DNA of 64,000 nucleotides from Verrucomicrobiota bacterium (GCA_046048995.1 JBJOEZ010000001.1:95479-159478); one strand, 5' to 3'; positions 9,428-20,089 are shown, numbered from the stretch's first letter. The notes: generated by a model from the letters alone, not told the origin. Made by a program: numbers and translations.

Positions 9428-10579
9428 TTATTTCCCGACCTTTTTGACCTTTTCCCAGCGGCCGGTGCGGCCGCTCTTGAGCACGGCGTCGGTGACGTAG
9501 TCGGTGGCGAGGCCGTCCTTGAAGGTGGGGCCGGCGGGTTTGCCGGTCTCGAGGCCCTTGAGGAAGTCGGCCACCTGGTGGACGAAGCTGTGCTCGTAGC
9601 CGAGCTGGAGGCCGGGCACCCACCAGTTGCCGCAGTAGGGATGGTCGCCGTCGCTCACGTGGATGCTGCGCCAGCCGCGGGTGCGGCCCTCGTCGCGGTG
9701 GTCGAAGTACTGCAGGCGGTGGAGGTCGTGGAGATCCCAGGAGATGGAGGCGTTCTCGCCGTTGATCTCGAAGGTGTAGAGGGCCTTGTGGCCGCGGGCG
9801 TAGCGGGTGCTCTCGAAGGTGGCGAGGGAGCCGTTGCTGAACCGGGCGAGGAAGGCGCAGGCGTCGTCGATGCCGACCTTCTCGACCTTGCCGGTGAGGC
9901 TGTGTTTGCGCTGCTTGATGAAGGTCTCGGTCATGGCGGTCACCGTGTCGATGCTGCCATTGAGCCACATGGCGGTGTCGATGCAGTGGGCGAGCAGGTC
10001 GCCGGTGACGCCGCTGCCGGCGGCCTTGACGTCGAGGCGCCAGAGGGCGGCGCCGCCCTGCGGGAGGTCGGGGTTGATGGTCCAGTCCTGGAGGAACTTG
10101 GCGCGGTAATGGAAGATCCGCCCGAGGCGGCCCTCGTCGATGAACTGCTTGGCGAGGGTGACGGCGGGGCAGCGGCGGTAATTGTACCAGACCATGTTGG
10201 GCACCTTGGCCTTGTTCACGGCGGCCACCATCTTCTCGGCCTCGGGGCTGTTGAGGGCGAGGGGTTTCTCGCAGAGGATCATCTTGCCGGCCTTGGCGGC
10301 GGCCATGGCGATCTCGGCATGGGTGTTGTTCGGGGTGGCGATGTCGATGCAGTCGATGTCATCGCGCTGGATCAGCTTGCGCCAGTCGGTCTCGACGCTC
10401 TTGTAGCCCCACCGCTGGGCGAAGGCCTTGACCTTGTTTTCGTCGCGGGCGCAGACGGCCTGGCGGACGACCTGGTGCTGCAGGTCAAAGAAGTGGTTGA
10501 CCTTGGCGAAGGCGTTCGAGTGGGCGCGGCCCATGAAGCCGTAACCGATGAGACCGATGCGAAGGGGTTTGGTGGGCAT
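9428..10579 (-). CDS. Gfo/Idh/MocA family NAD(P)-dependent oxidoreductase
   Basis: [40 protein letters not shown]. Confidence 0.92.
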   Translation of the reverse strand: MPTKPLRIGLIGYGFMGRAHSNAFAKVNHFFDLQHQVVRQAVCARDENKVKAFAQRWGYKSVETDWRKLIQRDDIDCIDIATPNNTHAEIAMAAAKAGKMILCEKPLALNSPEAEKMVAAVNKAKVPNMVWYNYRRCPAVTLAKQFIDEGRLGRIFHYRAKFLQDWTINPDLPQGGAALWRLDVKAAGSGVTGDLLAHCIDTAMWLNGSIDTVTAMTETFIKQRKHSLTGKVEKVGIDDACAFLARFSNGSLATFESTRYARGHKALYTFEINGENASISWDLHDLHRLQYFDHRDEGRTRGWRSIHVSDGDHPYCGNWWVPGLQLGYEHSFVHQVADFLKGLETGKPAGPTFKDGLATDYVTDAVLKSGRTGRWEKVKKVGK

Positions 10580-10745
10580 GATGATCTGGGTTGTCGGTGA
10601 AAAGCAGGGCGGATTCCAGCATGGCCCCCCGGGGGAAGTCAAAAAAACAAACCGGCCCCGGGGGCCGGCGCGGGCGGGTGTCGGCGGTGTTGAGGCCGGT
10701 CCTTTTCCGCTTCCGGCCCCGTGTGCCGGGGGGCATGCTGCGGCC

Positions 10746-11117
10746 ATGAAGCCGACGGGTCCCTTTGCCGTTGTCCTCGTGACCGCCCCGGACCGGAAGG
10801 TGGCGCGCGCGCTGGCCTCCGCCGCCCTGCGGGCCCGGTTGGCCGCCTGCGCGAACCTCATTCCCGGCCTCGAATCCCATTACTGGTGGCAGGGCCGGTT
10901 GGAACGCGGGTCCGAGGTGCTCATCCTCTTCAAGACCCGCCGCCGTCTCATTCCGGACCTCGAGCGGGTCATCCTGGCGAGCCATCCCTATGACACCCCG
11001 GCCTTCGTGGTCCTGCCCGTGGCCGGCGGGGCCGCCCGTTACCTGCGCTGGCTCGAGGAGTCCGTCCGCCCGGTGCGGCGCGCGGTCCGGCGGGCCGGCG
11101 TGCGGGGGGCCCGATGA
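10746..11117 (+). CDS. cutA: Divalent-cation tolerance protein CutA
   Basis: [33 protein letters not shown]. Confidence 0.92.
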   Translation: MKPTGPFAVVLVTAPDRKVARALASAALRARLAACANLIPGLESHYWWQGRLERGSEVLILFKTRRRLIPDLERVILASHPYDTPAFVVLPVAGGAARYLRWLEESVRPVRRAVRRAGVRGAR

Positions 11118-12829
11118 GCGCCTGGCGTCGTTCGTGGGCCGGGTCCGGGCAGGTGCTGGCGTGGTTGCTCCTGGCGGCCGCGGTCGGCCTGGGTTGGTCC
11201 GGGGCCGCCTTCGGGGCGGCGCCGGCCGGGCGCGGGGCGGTGGCGACGGTGCATCCGGTGGCGACGGAGGCGGGGTTGGAGGCGATGCGGAGCGGGGGCA
11301 ACGCCGTGGACGCGATCGTGGCGGCGGCGCTGACCTTGGGGGTGGTCGACCCGCATAATTCCGGCCTGGGCGGCGGATGCTTTTTGGTCATCCGCCTGCC
11401 GGACGGCCGGATGGTGTCGGTGGACGGGCGCGAGACGGCGCCGGCGTCCGCGACCCGGGACATGTTCCTGCGCGAGGGCAAGGCGGATGCGCGGCTGAGC
11501 CAGGAAGGGGCCCTGGCGGTGGCGGTGCCGGGGGCGTTGGCGGCCTATGCGTGGGTTTCGACCAATCATGGCCGGTTGTCGTTGCGCCGGCATCTGGAAC
11601 GGGCGGCGGGGGTGGCGGAGCGGGGGGTTCCGGTGAGCCGGTCCTTGGCGGCGGCCCTGCGGGAGCAGGCGGCGGTCTTGCGAAAGGACCCGGGCGCGCG
11701 GGCCTTGTTGCTGAAGCCGGACGGGACGCCATGGCGGACCGGTGAGGTGCTGCGCCTGCCGGAGTTGGCGGCGACCTACCGGGCGGTGGCGGAGCAGGGG
11801 CCGGGTTGGTTTTACGAGGGGTCGTTGGGCCGGTTGGCCGCGGATTGGATGGCGGCGCATGGGGGGCGGATCACGCGGGCGGACTGGACGGGCTACCGGG
11901 TCCGGACGCGGGATCCGGTGGAGAGCACCTACCGGGGTTGCCGCATCGTGGGTTTCCCGCCGCCGAGTTCGGGCGGGGTTCATGTGGCGCAGATCCTGAA
12001 CATCCTCGAACACTTTGACCTGAAGCGCATGGGGCGTGGGTCGGCGGATTACATCCATGTGGTGACAGAGGCGATGAAGCTGGCCTTTGCCGACCGGGCG
12101 CACTGGCTGGGGGACCCGGATTTCACGCCGGTGCCCCGGGGTCTGGCCGGGAGGGACTATGCCGCCACGCTCGCCCGGCGCATTCGCCTGGACCGTGTGT
12201 TGGAGGTGGCGGGGGCGGGGGATCCCGGGACCGGGACGGGCCTGTTTGGCGGCCACACCACCCATTTTTCGGCAGTGGATGCCGGGGGTTGCTGGGTGGC
12301 GTGCACGGCCACCATCAACACCCATTTTGGCGCCAAGGTGGTGGTGCCCGGCACCGGGCTCATCCTGAACAATGAAATGGACGACTTCGCCGCCCAGCCG
12401 GGCGTGCCCAACTTTTTCGGGCTGGTCGGGGCCGAGGCCAACGCGGTGGGCCCGGGCCGGCGTCCCCTCTCCAGCATGAGCCCCACCTTGGTGTTGCGCG
12501 ACGGGCGGCCCCTCCTGTCGGTGGGCGCCGCCGGCGGCCCGACCATCATCAGCCAGACCGTGCTGGCGATCCTGGGGGTGGTCGATTTCGGGTTATCCCC
12601 GGCGGAGGCCCTGGCGCAACCGCGGTTCCATCACCAATGGAAGCCGGATGAACTGAGGGTGGAGGAGGCGGTTCCGGCGGATGTCCGGCAGGAACTGGCC
12701 CGGCGGGGCCATCGGATCAAGGCGCAGCGGACCCTGGGGGCCGCCCAGGCGGTGGGTTGGGACGCGCAGCGGGGGATCTTCCAAGCGGCCGCCGACCCGC
12801 GGGGGGAAGGGGTGGGCGGAACCTGGTGA
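11114..12829 (+). CDS. ggt: Gamma-glutamyltransferase (exported)
   Basis: GGNAVDA, SGLGGG, DGRETAP, PPPSSGG, autocleavage site HTTHFSAVD, LNNEMDDF, RPLSSMSPT. Confidence 0.95.
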   Translation: MSAWRRSWAGSGQVLAWLLLAAAVGLGWSGAAFGAAPAGRGAVATVHPVATEAGLEAMRSGGNAVDAIVAAALTLGVVDPHNSGLGGGCFLVIRLPDGRMVSVDGRETAPASATRDMFLREGKADARLSQEGALAVAVPGALAAYAWVSTNHGRLSLRRHLERAAGVAERGVPVSRSLAAALREQAAVLRKDPGARALLLKPDGTPWRTGEVLRLPELAATYRAVAEQGPGWFYEGSLGRLAADWMAAHGGRITRADWTGYRVRTRDPVESTYRGCRIVGFPPPSSGGVHVAQILNILEHFDLKRMGRGSADYIHVVTEAMKLAFADRAHWLGDPDFTPVPRGLAGRDYAATLARRIRLDRVLEVAGAGDPGTGTGLFGGHTTHFSAVDAGGCWVACTATINTHFGAKVVVPGTGLILNNEMDDFAAQPGVPNFFGLVGAEANAVGPGRRPLSSMSPTLVLRDGRPLLSVGAAGGPTIISQTVLAILGVVDFGLSPAEALAQPRFHHQWKPDELRVEEAVPADVRQELARRGHRIKAQRTLGAAQAVGWDAQRGIFQAAADPRGEGVGGTW

Positions 12830-12841
12830 TGCCCTGGCCGG

Positions 12842-13048
12842 TCAGCGCGGGGCGCTGGCCGACGCAGGGTTCGCCTCGGCCAAGGCAGGCGGGGCGACGG
12901 AGGCAGGCCTGACGCTGGCGTTGGCCGCGGGGGGAGTGCGCTGGCCGGCGTCGCCTCCGCTGTTCTGCCGGGTCGAAAGCCAATTCGTCAGGGCCAGGGT
13001 CAGGGCCAGGGTCAGGGCTCCGAAGCCCAGGATGGAGAGGGGTTTCAT
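12842..13048 (-). CDS. Small hypothetical membrane-anchored or secreted protein (68 aa)
   Basis: MKPLS plus hydrophobic helix and Pro/Ala-rich tail; fits between ggt and a sigma54-like promoter. Confidence 0.5.
   Translation of the reverse strand: MKPLSILGFGALTLALTLALTNWLSTRQNSGGDAGQRTPPAANASVRPASVAPPALAEANPASASAPR
12987..13018. repeat. 12-bp tandem repeat GTCAGGGCCAGG, about 2.7 copies
   Basis: Direct reading; encodes LTLA-LTLA-LT in the hydrophobic helix of the 68-aa ORF. Confidence 0.7.
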
Positions 13049-13350
13049 GTTCGGGAGGCAGCCGCGGGACCGGAGTCCAGGCCGGAGTCCATTCCAGTCG
13101 GCCCCGGGAAGGGGGCTGCGGCAGCGGGGAGATTTAGTGGTGGCGAGGGCGGGAACCGGTTTCGCGGTCGGAACGGCCGGCCAGCTTTTTCTCGCCGGAA
13201 GGAAGGCCCAGGGGGTGGGTGGCGTCGTTTTTCTTACGGATGGGAAGTGAGAAACTGGCAGTGCGGGATTGCACGAAACGCAGGGGTATGGGGCCGGAGA
13301 CTCTCATAAAACACATCGTGTGACTTCAATTTCGTTCTGGGCTCCTATCT

Positions 13351-13366
13351 AGCAGGCTGGTTGCCA
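13351..13366 (-). promoter_or_regulatory. Sigma54 (-24/-12) promoter candidate
   Basis: Minus strand TGGCAACCAGCCTGCT has GG-N10-GC spacing matching TGGCAC-N5-TTGC. Confidence 0.5.
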
Positions 13367-13438
13367 TTCCCATTTTTGGGAATGAGCGCAAAAAGCCGGA
13401 TTTGCCCGGGGATGGCGGGCTGGCGGGGTGCCGGCGGG

Positions 13439-14914
13439 CTATTGCCGGTCGATGGATTGGGTGATGACGCTGCCTTGGGAGCGGGCCCGGGGTTGGGAGC
13501 GACGGGCGACGATGATGAGCAGGATGACGCAGGCGGCGAGGAGGAAGGAGGCGATGCCGAGGAGCAGGGTGGGGCTGACCGGGTGTTGGACGACGAGCAC
13601 GGTGGCCGGGACGGTGGGCACGCCGGCGGTGCCGGGGGTTGGGGCGGCCGGGGGTGCGGGGGTGGCCTGTTCCCGGGCTTGGACGCGGGCGGGTTCGGGC
13701 AGGAGGGAAGTCAGCAGGCTGTTGGGCTTGGGCGACTCCTTGGCGCCGGCCTCGGGCGTGCCGGTTGTGACGGTGGTGTTGAGGGTGGCGGCGATCGTGG
13801 TGGCAGGGGTGGGCAGGGGTTCAACCGGGGCGGTTGGGGGGGCAACCGGCGCCGGGGCAGGGATGGTGTTGCGTGGGGAGGCGATGGGGCCGGCCACGAC
13901 GACGGGGGAGGGTGTGGGGGGCGCGGGCGCGGCGACCGGGGTGGGGGCGGGGTTTTGCGGGGCGGCGATGGGGCCGGCCACGACGATGGGGTCGGCGGTG
14001 GGGGGTGGCGGCGCCGGTGTCGTGGAACTGGTCTTGGCGGGGGCCGGGTTGGGGGTCCAGGTGCGGGTGGGCGGCTCGGTTTGGGCGGTCAGGGTGGCGC
14101 TGGTCTTTCGGGCTTCCGTGGCTGGGGGGATAGGGTTTGGGGCGGGTGCGGGCCGGGCCGGGGCAGCCGTGGGTTTGGCTGCCAGGGCCGGGGTGGTCGG
14201 GGGGATGATCGGGGTGGGGCGGGCGGGCAGTTCGATGTATTCGCCGGCGAGGGTGACGGTGGCGCTGGTGATTTCGCCGCGCTGCACGTTGAGGGTGGTG
14301 ACGAGCGGTTTGCCCTGTTGGCGGCGGTCCGGTTGGCGGCGCGCGTAGGTTTCGTTGATGGTGGCGTCGAGGGGGGTGCCGGTGAGGGGTTGTTCGCCGG
14401 TGGAGAGCAGCACGAGGTGGACATCCTTGACGTTGCGGGCCAGCTGGAGCATGCGGGCGACAACCTCGTCGAGGCGGGGTTTGCCGGAGTATTTGTGGTT
14501 GCGGACAAAGAGGGTGGCGCGGCTGGCGACCTCGAGGGGGTTGAGTTCATCCCAGACTTGGAGGGGGAAGGCACCGGCCTTGACGTCGTCATTGAAGAGC
14601 CAGAGGCCGAAGGTGTCGCCGTGGCGCATCTGGCCTTCAAACCCGGTGAAAATGAGATCGAAGAGCGCCTGGCGGTTGGCGGCATCCGTCGCCTTCATGG
14701 AGGACGACATGTCGACCACGAAGAGAAAGCGGCTGCCGTTGGTGGCGGGCTTGGGGGTGGAGGGGGCGGTAAGGATGCCGGAGGGGGCCGGGGTGCTGGC
14801 CGGCGCGGCGGGCGCTGCGGGCACCGGGGTCGCCGCGGGGGCCGCGGCGAGGGCCAGCATCAGGGCGGCCACAACCGGGAGCAACGGACGGCGGCGAAGG
14901 AGGGGGATAGTCAT
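13439..14914 (-). CDS. Exported vWA-like domain protein with Pro/Ala/Thr-rich stalk and C-terminal membrane anchor
   Basis: Signal peptide, RFLFVVDMSSSM (MIDAS DxSxS), about 200-aa PT-rich linker, TM helix LLLGIASFLLAACVILLIIVA followed by RR. Confidence 0.75.
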   Translation of the reverse strand: MTIPLLRRRPLLPVVAALMLALAAAPAATPVPAAPAAPASTPAPSGILTAPSTPKPATNGSRFLFVVDMSSSMKATDAANRQALFDLIFTGFEGQMRHGDTFGLWLFNDDVKAGAFPLQVWDELNPLEVASRATLFVRNHKYSGKPRLDEVVARMLQLARNVKDVHLVLLSTGEQPLTGTPLDATINETYARRQPDRRQQGKPLVTTLNVQRGEITSATVTLAGEYIELPARPTPIIPPTTPALAAKPTAAPARPAPAPNPIPPATEARKTSATLTAQTEPPTRTWTPNPAPAKTSSTTPAPPPPTADPIVVAGPIAAPQNPAPTPVAAPAPPTPSPVVVAGPIASPRNTIPAPAPVAPPTAPVEPLPTPATTIAATLNTTVTTGTPEAGAKESPKPNSLLTSLLPEPARVQAREQATPAPPAAPTPGTAGVPTVPATVLVVQHPVSPTLLLGIASFLLAACVILLIIVARRSQPRARSQGSVITQSIDRQ

Positions 14915-14942
14915 GGCTGGCGCTGGGGGGTGGCGGCTGGGG

Positions 14943-15410
14943 TTAGCGGGAACGGAACCGGGTCCGTTCCTTTTGGTTGTAATGTTTCAGTTCGTTTTGC
15001 AGGTCGCCCAGCGTGGTCTCCACCTGCCGGATGAAACTTTCGCAACTGGCAGCCATGCCGCCGAAGTTGATGACCGTATCGCGTTCGGCATGGTCGTTGG
15101 TGACCACGAGGACCTCGCCGTAGGGCTGCAGCCGCACGGCGACACGCTCAATGACTTGATCGGCTGTTTGGCCCCCGCGCGTGAATAGAATTTCCATCTC
15201 CGGCCGGGAGGGGGCCTCGTCCGGGCCCCGCTTGGGGCCGGAGCCGTCGAACACGATGGTGAGGGGCGTGCCGCAGGCGTCCTGGTATTGGGTCAGGATG
15301 TGGACCAACTCCTCCCGGGCGGCCGCGGAGTGCCGCGGGCGTCCGGGGGCCAGGGCCTCCCAGTGGTGCAGGAGGCTGTAACCATCCACAAGAATGCGAG
15401 CCAGAGCCAC
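14943..15410 (-). CDS. NYN-domain RNase, YacP/Rae1-like
   Basis: [21 protein letters not shown] and VVTND motifs. Confidence 0.88.
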   Translation of the reverse strand: MALARILVDGYSLLHHWEALAPGRPRHSAAAREELVHILTQYQDACGTPLTIVFDGSGPKRGPDEAPSRPEMEILFTRGGQTADQVIERVAVRLQPYGEVLVVTNDHAERDTVINFGGMAASCESFIRQVETTLGDLQNELKHYNQKERTRFRSR

Positions 15411-15538
15411 GCGCCGACCCTAGCCAGTTCCAGGCCATTGGCCAAGATGGCGGCCACGCAACCGAAAGCAGCCCGGGCCGGCCGGGGCGCGGGAAAAAAA
15501 CGCCTGTCAAACCGGCAAAAGCTGCCCACAGTTTCCTC

Positions 15539-16600
15539 ATGTCGAAGTCCGCCCCCAACCCCATCCCCGTCACCGTCCTGACCGGTTTCCTGGGCGCCGG
15601 GAAAACCACCCTGCTCAACCACCTCCTCACCCAGAAGCATGGCTACCGCATGGCCATCATCATCAACGAATTTGGGGAGGTCAGCATCGACAACCAAATC
15701 GTCGTGGGCGTCGACGAGGAAATCCTGGAGCTCAACAACGGCTGCCTCTGCTGCCGCGTGCGCGGCGATCTCATCCGCAGCCTGAACGACCTCCTCCGGC
15801 GCCAGAAGCGCTTCGATTACGTGCTGATTGAGACCACCGGCCTGGCCGACCCCAGCCCGGTCATCCACACCTTCAAGGCCAGCGACCTGGCCGACCGCCT
15901 CCGCCTCGATGGGGTGGTCACCGTGGTGGATGCCCGGCATCTCGAAAAGGAACTGCGCGACGCCCCGGAAGCCTCCCGCCAGGTCGCCTTTGCCGACGTC
16001 CTCCTCCTCAACAAGACCGACCTCGTCACCCCCGACGAACTGGCCGCGCTCGAGCAGCGCCTGCGCGCCATGAACCCCCTCGCCACCCTCCATCGCACCC
16101 GGCAATCCGTCATCGAACCCGCCCAGCTCCTCAACCTCAAGGCGCGTGAACTGGCCGGGCCCTTCACCGTGCCCGCCGCCCCCGCCCCCGGGCACCCCCA
16201 TGCTCATGACCACGACCATGACCATGAACACTGCGACCATGACCATTGCGAGGATCCCTCGCATCACCACCACCACGGCTCCGCCCACGCCCATCACGAT
16301 GAGGAGGTCACCTCGTTTTACCTGAGCGAGGACCAGCCGCTCAACCTGCAGAAGGTCGAGGAATGGCTGGGCAAGGTGATTCAGGAGAGCGGCGAGAAGA
16401 TTTACCGCAGCAAGGGCATCCTGCACATCCAGGGCCAGCCCAAGCGCGTCATCTTCCAGGGTGTGCAGATGCTCTTCGACGCCAAACCGGACCGCCTGTG
16501 GAACGTCGGCGAAAAACGCCGCAGCCAGCTCGTGTTCATCGGCAAGGACCTGGACGAGGAAGCCATCCGGGCGGGCTTCGAACAGTGCCTGGAGCGTTAA
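15539..16600 (+). CDS. COG0523/CobW-family G3E metallochaperone GTPase
   Basis: [31 protein letters not shown], His-rich insert, CobW_C domain. Confidence 0.93.
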   Translation: MSKSAPNPIPVTVLTGFLGAGKTTLLNHLLTQKHGYRMAIIINEFGEVSIDNQIVVGVDEEILELNNGCLCCRVRGDLIRSLNDLLRRQKRFDYVLIETTGLADPSPVIHTFKASDLADRLRLDGVVTVVDARHLEKELRDAPEASRQVAFADVLLLNKTDLVTPDELAALEQRLRAMNPLATLHRTRQSVIEPAQLLNLKARELAGPFTVPAAPAPGHPHAHDHDHDHEHCDHDHCEDPSHHHHHGSAHAHHDEEVTSFYLSEDQPLNLQKVEEWLGKVIQESGEKIYRSKGILHIQGQPKRVIFQGVQMLFDAKPDRLWNVGEKRRSQLVFIGKDLDEEAIRAGFEQCLER

Positions 16601-16924
16601 TGGGCGGGCGGGCCGGACCCGTTGGGGTGGACACCCCGGGGGTGGGGGTGAAACTCCATCGCCCCCCCAACTTCCAAGAATCCCGGAGTGAAATCGTTCG
16701 TATAAGTCTGTGCGGCAACGACTTGGAGCGCCGCGGGCGAGTTCGGATCGTTCCATCACCCGCGCACCCGCCCGTTGACTCCCTCCCGCAGGCCGGAGGC
16801 CCAACCGACCCCGGTCGATGACGACTTCCTTCGGACTTCCTTGCTGCTCCCTGGCTACTTCCTTGCTTCAACCTGGCCGGGCTGGTGGGCGCCCTCCGGG
16901 GGGGCGGTGGGGGGGCGCGCCGCC

Positions 16925-18988
16925 TCAGGGCCGCGTGAAGCGGCGCAGGAAATCCACGATGCGGATGCTGGCGTTGTAGCCGGGGCTTTCGGGCCACCGG
17001 TGCGTGAGACTGTCGACGACATCGAGTTGCACCTCGGAGATTCCGGAGCATGGCGCATAAACGGTGCTCGTGAGGGTGCCGACGACGGTGGTCGCCGGCG
17101 CGGCGAGGCAGGTGTTGCCGCCCACCCAATACGCAAGGTCGTCCCCTGCGGCATAGGTGAGCTGTCCGGCGTTGTTCGTGCCGCCGTTAAGCGGGACTTG
17201 GGCATCCAGCGTGCCGCGGGTCATGTGCACGGGAACCGGTTCGAGGGGTGCGGGCGGCGCGATGAGCGTGCCGTTCGTCCGGTCATTCCAACCCGTCATC
17301 GAACCGACGGTGCCGATGGCGGCGAGCACATTCGTCCAGGTGGCGCTCATCCAGAAGCCCATGGTTCCCCCGCTGTCGAAGCCGCAGAGGTAGACGCGCC
17401 GGCGATCGATGTTCAGGGCCCCGTCCAGTTGCCCGAGCAGGTTGGTGAGGAAGCTGCGGTCATCCACCACGACGTCCACGGGCTTGTGATTCCAGAGCAT
17501 GCCGCGGGTCTCAGGGTGCTGGGTGGCTTCCGGCAGGCAGAGGAGAACCCCGGTCAGGTTGCATTTCGTGAACAGGCCCGGCGCGCTGGCCGCGAACTCG
17601 GGCATCGTCTGGTCGCCTCCGTGCAGCGCAAAAACCAGGTCGGTGGCCGCGGCGCCGGTGTAGCCGGCGGGAATGCTGAGACGGAACCTGCGCCAGTAAC
17701 CCTGGTCGCAGAAGGAGCGCTCGTGCTGGCCTGGCGTGGTGGGCACGGCGAGCACGGGGATGGCGCCGGCGGCCTGGCAACGGCAGTGCCGCAGGAAGAA
17801 CTCCATCACCTCGGCGTTGGCGTCGAAGCCGACGCGGTCGCCAGCGTCGGGCCAAAGATGTCCGCCATCGGAGAGTTCCACGAAGATGACTTCGTTCCAG
17901 TTGCTGCAACCCAGCCAGGTGGTGCGCGTCACGTAATTGGTCCACTGGCCCGCTGGCGGATTCGTATTGGGACAATCACTCCCATAATTCGGGCGCAGGC
18001 TTGCATTGAAGACATTGGTTTCCCGGGTGACGACCGGCGCATCGAGGCAGGAGAAGTGGCTCGTGTAATGATACGGGGCCTCGATGGCGGCGGTTTGGTA
18101 AGTGCCGGCGTCGTTGGGGCCGCCCCAGAAGGGCCGCGCGCAGTCGTTCGTGGCATTGACGATGAGGACCGACGTGGGTTCCGACGGGGGCGGGACATAA
18201 ACAAGGTTCGTGGCGCCTTTGCCGCCGCCGATGGCGGAGGCGACGATGGCATAGGCGGCAAAGACGTTGGTGCTGCGGGCGGCCAGGTAATGCACCATCT
18301 GGCCGCCGTTGGAAAACCCGGCGGCGTAAACGCGCCGGCGATCGATGTTCAGCGTGCCGGCGACATGGTTCAGGAGTTCCAGGATGAATTGCGCGTCGTT
18401 GACGTAGGGTTCTCCCGGTTCGGGGTCGTAATTGACCCAGCCCGTCCCGCGCTCGCTCACGGTGCTTTGCGGGAACACCAGGACCATGGTTGCCGCCTGT
18501 GCCTGGGCGGCGAGTTCCGGATGTTGCCCGGCGAAGCTGGCCGCGGTCTGGCCGTGTCCATGCAGGATGAACGCCAGCGGTGCCGGCACCACAGCGCTGT
18601 AATTCGTCGGGATGTGGATCCGATACGTTCGGGCGAGGCGGCCACTGACAAACGAGAGGGTGTAAACCCCCGGCGTCGTCGGGATCGGGGAGTTGGTGAG
18701 AAGGTTGTAGCGAACGCGGTAGAACTGCGACGCGTTGGTCACGGTGAAGGAGTTGGTTTGGAGCGCGTTGCTGAGGGGCGCGGGATACGGCGGCCAGACC
18801 GGCTGCCAGTTCACGAGGGTAATGGATGTCTCCACCTGCGCATCGTAATTCGAGCTGGCGGGCCAGACCAATTGCGCGTTACCCGCGACGAAGTTGGTGA
18901 CAATGATCGGCTGGGCGCGGGCGGGCGAACCGCCGAGCGCCACCAGCAGCGCAGCCAATCCGGAGAGGAGACCAACACGTGTGGGCAT
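16925..18988 (-). CDS. Secreted tandem alpha/beta-hydrolase (two LpqC/PHB-depolymerase-like esterase domains)
   Basis: Signal peptide; two copies of LHG..Q, NIDRRRVY..GF(SN/DS)GG and H.WP. Confidence 0.85.
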   Translation of the reverse strand: MPTRVGLLSGLAALLVALGGSPARAQPIIVTNFVAGNAQLVWPASSNYDAQVETSITLVNWQPVWPPYPAPLSNALQTNSFTVTNASQFYRVRYNLLTNSPIPTTPGVYTLSFVSGRLARTYRIHIPTNYSAVVPAPLAFILHGHGQTAASFAGQHPELAAQAQAATMVLVFPQSTVSERGTGWVNYDPEPGEPYVNDAQFILELLNHVAGTLNIDRRRVYAAGFSNGGQMVHYLAARSTNVFAAYAIVASAIGGGKGATNLVYVPPPSEPTSVLIVNATNDCARPFWGGPNDAGTYQTAAIEAPYHYTSHFSCLDAPVVTRETNVFNASLRPNYGSDCPNTNPPAGQWTNYVTRTTWLGCSNWNEVIFVELSDGGHLWPDAGDRVGFDANAEVMEFFLRHCRCQAAGAIPVLAVPTTPGQHERSFCDQGYWRRFRLSIPAGYTGAAATDLVFALHGGDQTMPEFAASAPGLFTKCNLTGVLLCLPEATQHPETRGMLWNHKPVDVVVDDRSFLTNLLGQLDGALNIDRRRVYLCGFDSGGTMGFWMSATWTNVLAAIGTVGSMTGWNDRTNGTLIAPPAPLEPVPVHMTRGTLDAQVPLNGGTNNAGQLTYAAGDDLAYWVGGNTCLAAPATTVVGTLTSTVYAPCSGISEVQLDVVDSLTHRWPESPGYNASIRIVDFLRRFTRP

Positions 18989-19093
18989 AGGGGGGGCTTC
19001 TGAAGAGGCCGGAATGTGCGGGATCCATGACACGATTGCGCAGCCCGCGCAAGCCGGCGGCAGAGGAGTCCGCCCGCGGCCTGACCCGCTCAC

Positions 19094-20089
19094 TCACCCA
19101 CCCGCTGACTCGTTAACTACGGCGGGGGGGCATCGGACGCCGTGGCCGGGGTTGATTTGGGCCAGGCTGGGGGTTTGGGAGAGGCAGTCGGGCTGGGCTT
19201 GGGGGCAGCGGGGGTGGAAGCGGCAGCCGGCGGGCCAGGCGCCGGGCTGGGGGACGGTGCCGCCGATGGTTTTGAGGCGGTGGCCGGCGGTGCCGAGGAG
19301 GGGGACGGACTCGAGGAGGGCGCGGGTGTAGGGGTGGCGGGGTTGGCGGAGGAGTTCGTCGGCGGGGGCGTATTCGACGATTTGGCCGGCGTACATGACG
19401 GCGACGTGGTCGGCGATGTCGCCGACGATGCCGAGGTTATGGGTGATGAGGAGGATGCTCATGCCGAGGGTGTGCTGGAGCTCGGCGAGCAGCTCGATGA
19501 TTTGGGCCTGGACGGTGACGTCGAGGGCGGTGGTGGGTTCGTCGGCGACGAGGAGGCGGGGCTGGGAGGCCAGGGCGAGGGCGATCATGACGCGCTGTTG
19601 CATGCCGCCGGAGAGCTGGTGGGGGTAGTCGCGCAGGCGGGATTCCGGGGCGGGAATGCCGACGAGGCGGAGCAGGCGGATGGCCTCGTCGTCGGAGTCG
19701 GCGGCGGGGCGGTGGAGGCGGAGCGACTCGCGGATTTGGGAGCCGATGCGGAAGGTCGGGTGGAGGGCGGCGCCGGGTTCCTGGAAGACGTAGCTGATGA
19801 CGCGGCCGCGGAGGGCGCGCAGCTCGGCGGGGGACATCAGGAGGGTGTCCCGTCCCTCGAGCAGGATGCGGCCGGCGGGGTAGCGGGCGGGCGGCGAGGG
19901 GAGGAGGCGGGCGAGGGAGAGGGCGGTGAGGCTTTTGCCGGAGCCGCTTTCCCCGACGAGACAGAGGGTCTGGCCGGCCTGCAGGGAGAAGGACACCCCG
20001 TCCACGGCGCGCAGCCTGCGGCCTTCCTGGTGGAACTCGACCGTGAGGTCCTGGACCTCGAGCAGCGGCGTTCCGGGGGGCGGATGCAT
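19094..20089 (-). CDS. oppD: Oligo/dipeptide ABC transporter ATPase (OppD/DppD type)
   Basis: [31 protein letters not shown]-terminal GCRFHPRCP. Confidence 0.9.
   Translation of the reverse strand: MHPPPGTPLLEVQDLTVEFHQEGRRLRAVDGVSFSLQAGQTLCLVGESGSGKSLTALSLARLLPSPPARYPAGRILLEGRDTLLMSPAELRALRGRVISYVFQEPGAALHPTFRIGSQIRESLRLHRPAADSDDEAIRLLRLVGIPAPESRLRDYPHQLSGGMQQRVMIALALASQPRLLVADEPTTALDVTVQAQIIELLAELQHTLGMSILLITHNLGIVGDIADHVAVMYAGQIVEYAPADELLRQPRHPYTRALLESVPLLGTAGHRLKTIGGTVPQPGAWPAGCRFHPRCPQAQPDCLSQTPSLAQINPGHGVRCPPAVVNESAGG

Noticed and set aside
13256-13273. Plus-strand sigma54 promoter TGGCAG...TTGCA
   Set aside because: GG-to-GC spacing is 12 rather than 10
16695-16722. Chromosomal dif site (CGTTCGTATAA resembles a XerC arm)
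   Set aside because: No TTATGTTAAAT-like XerD arm after the 6-bp spacer
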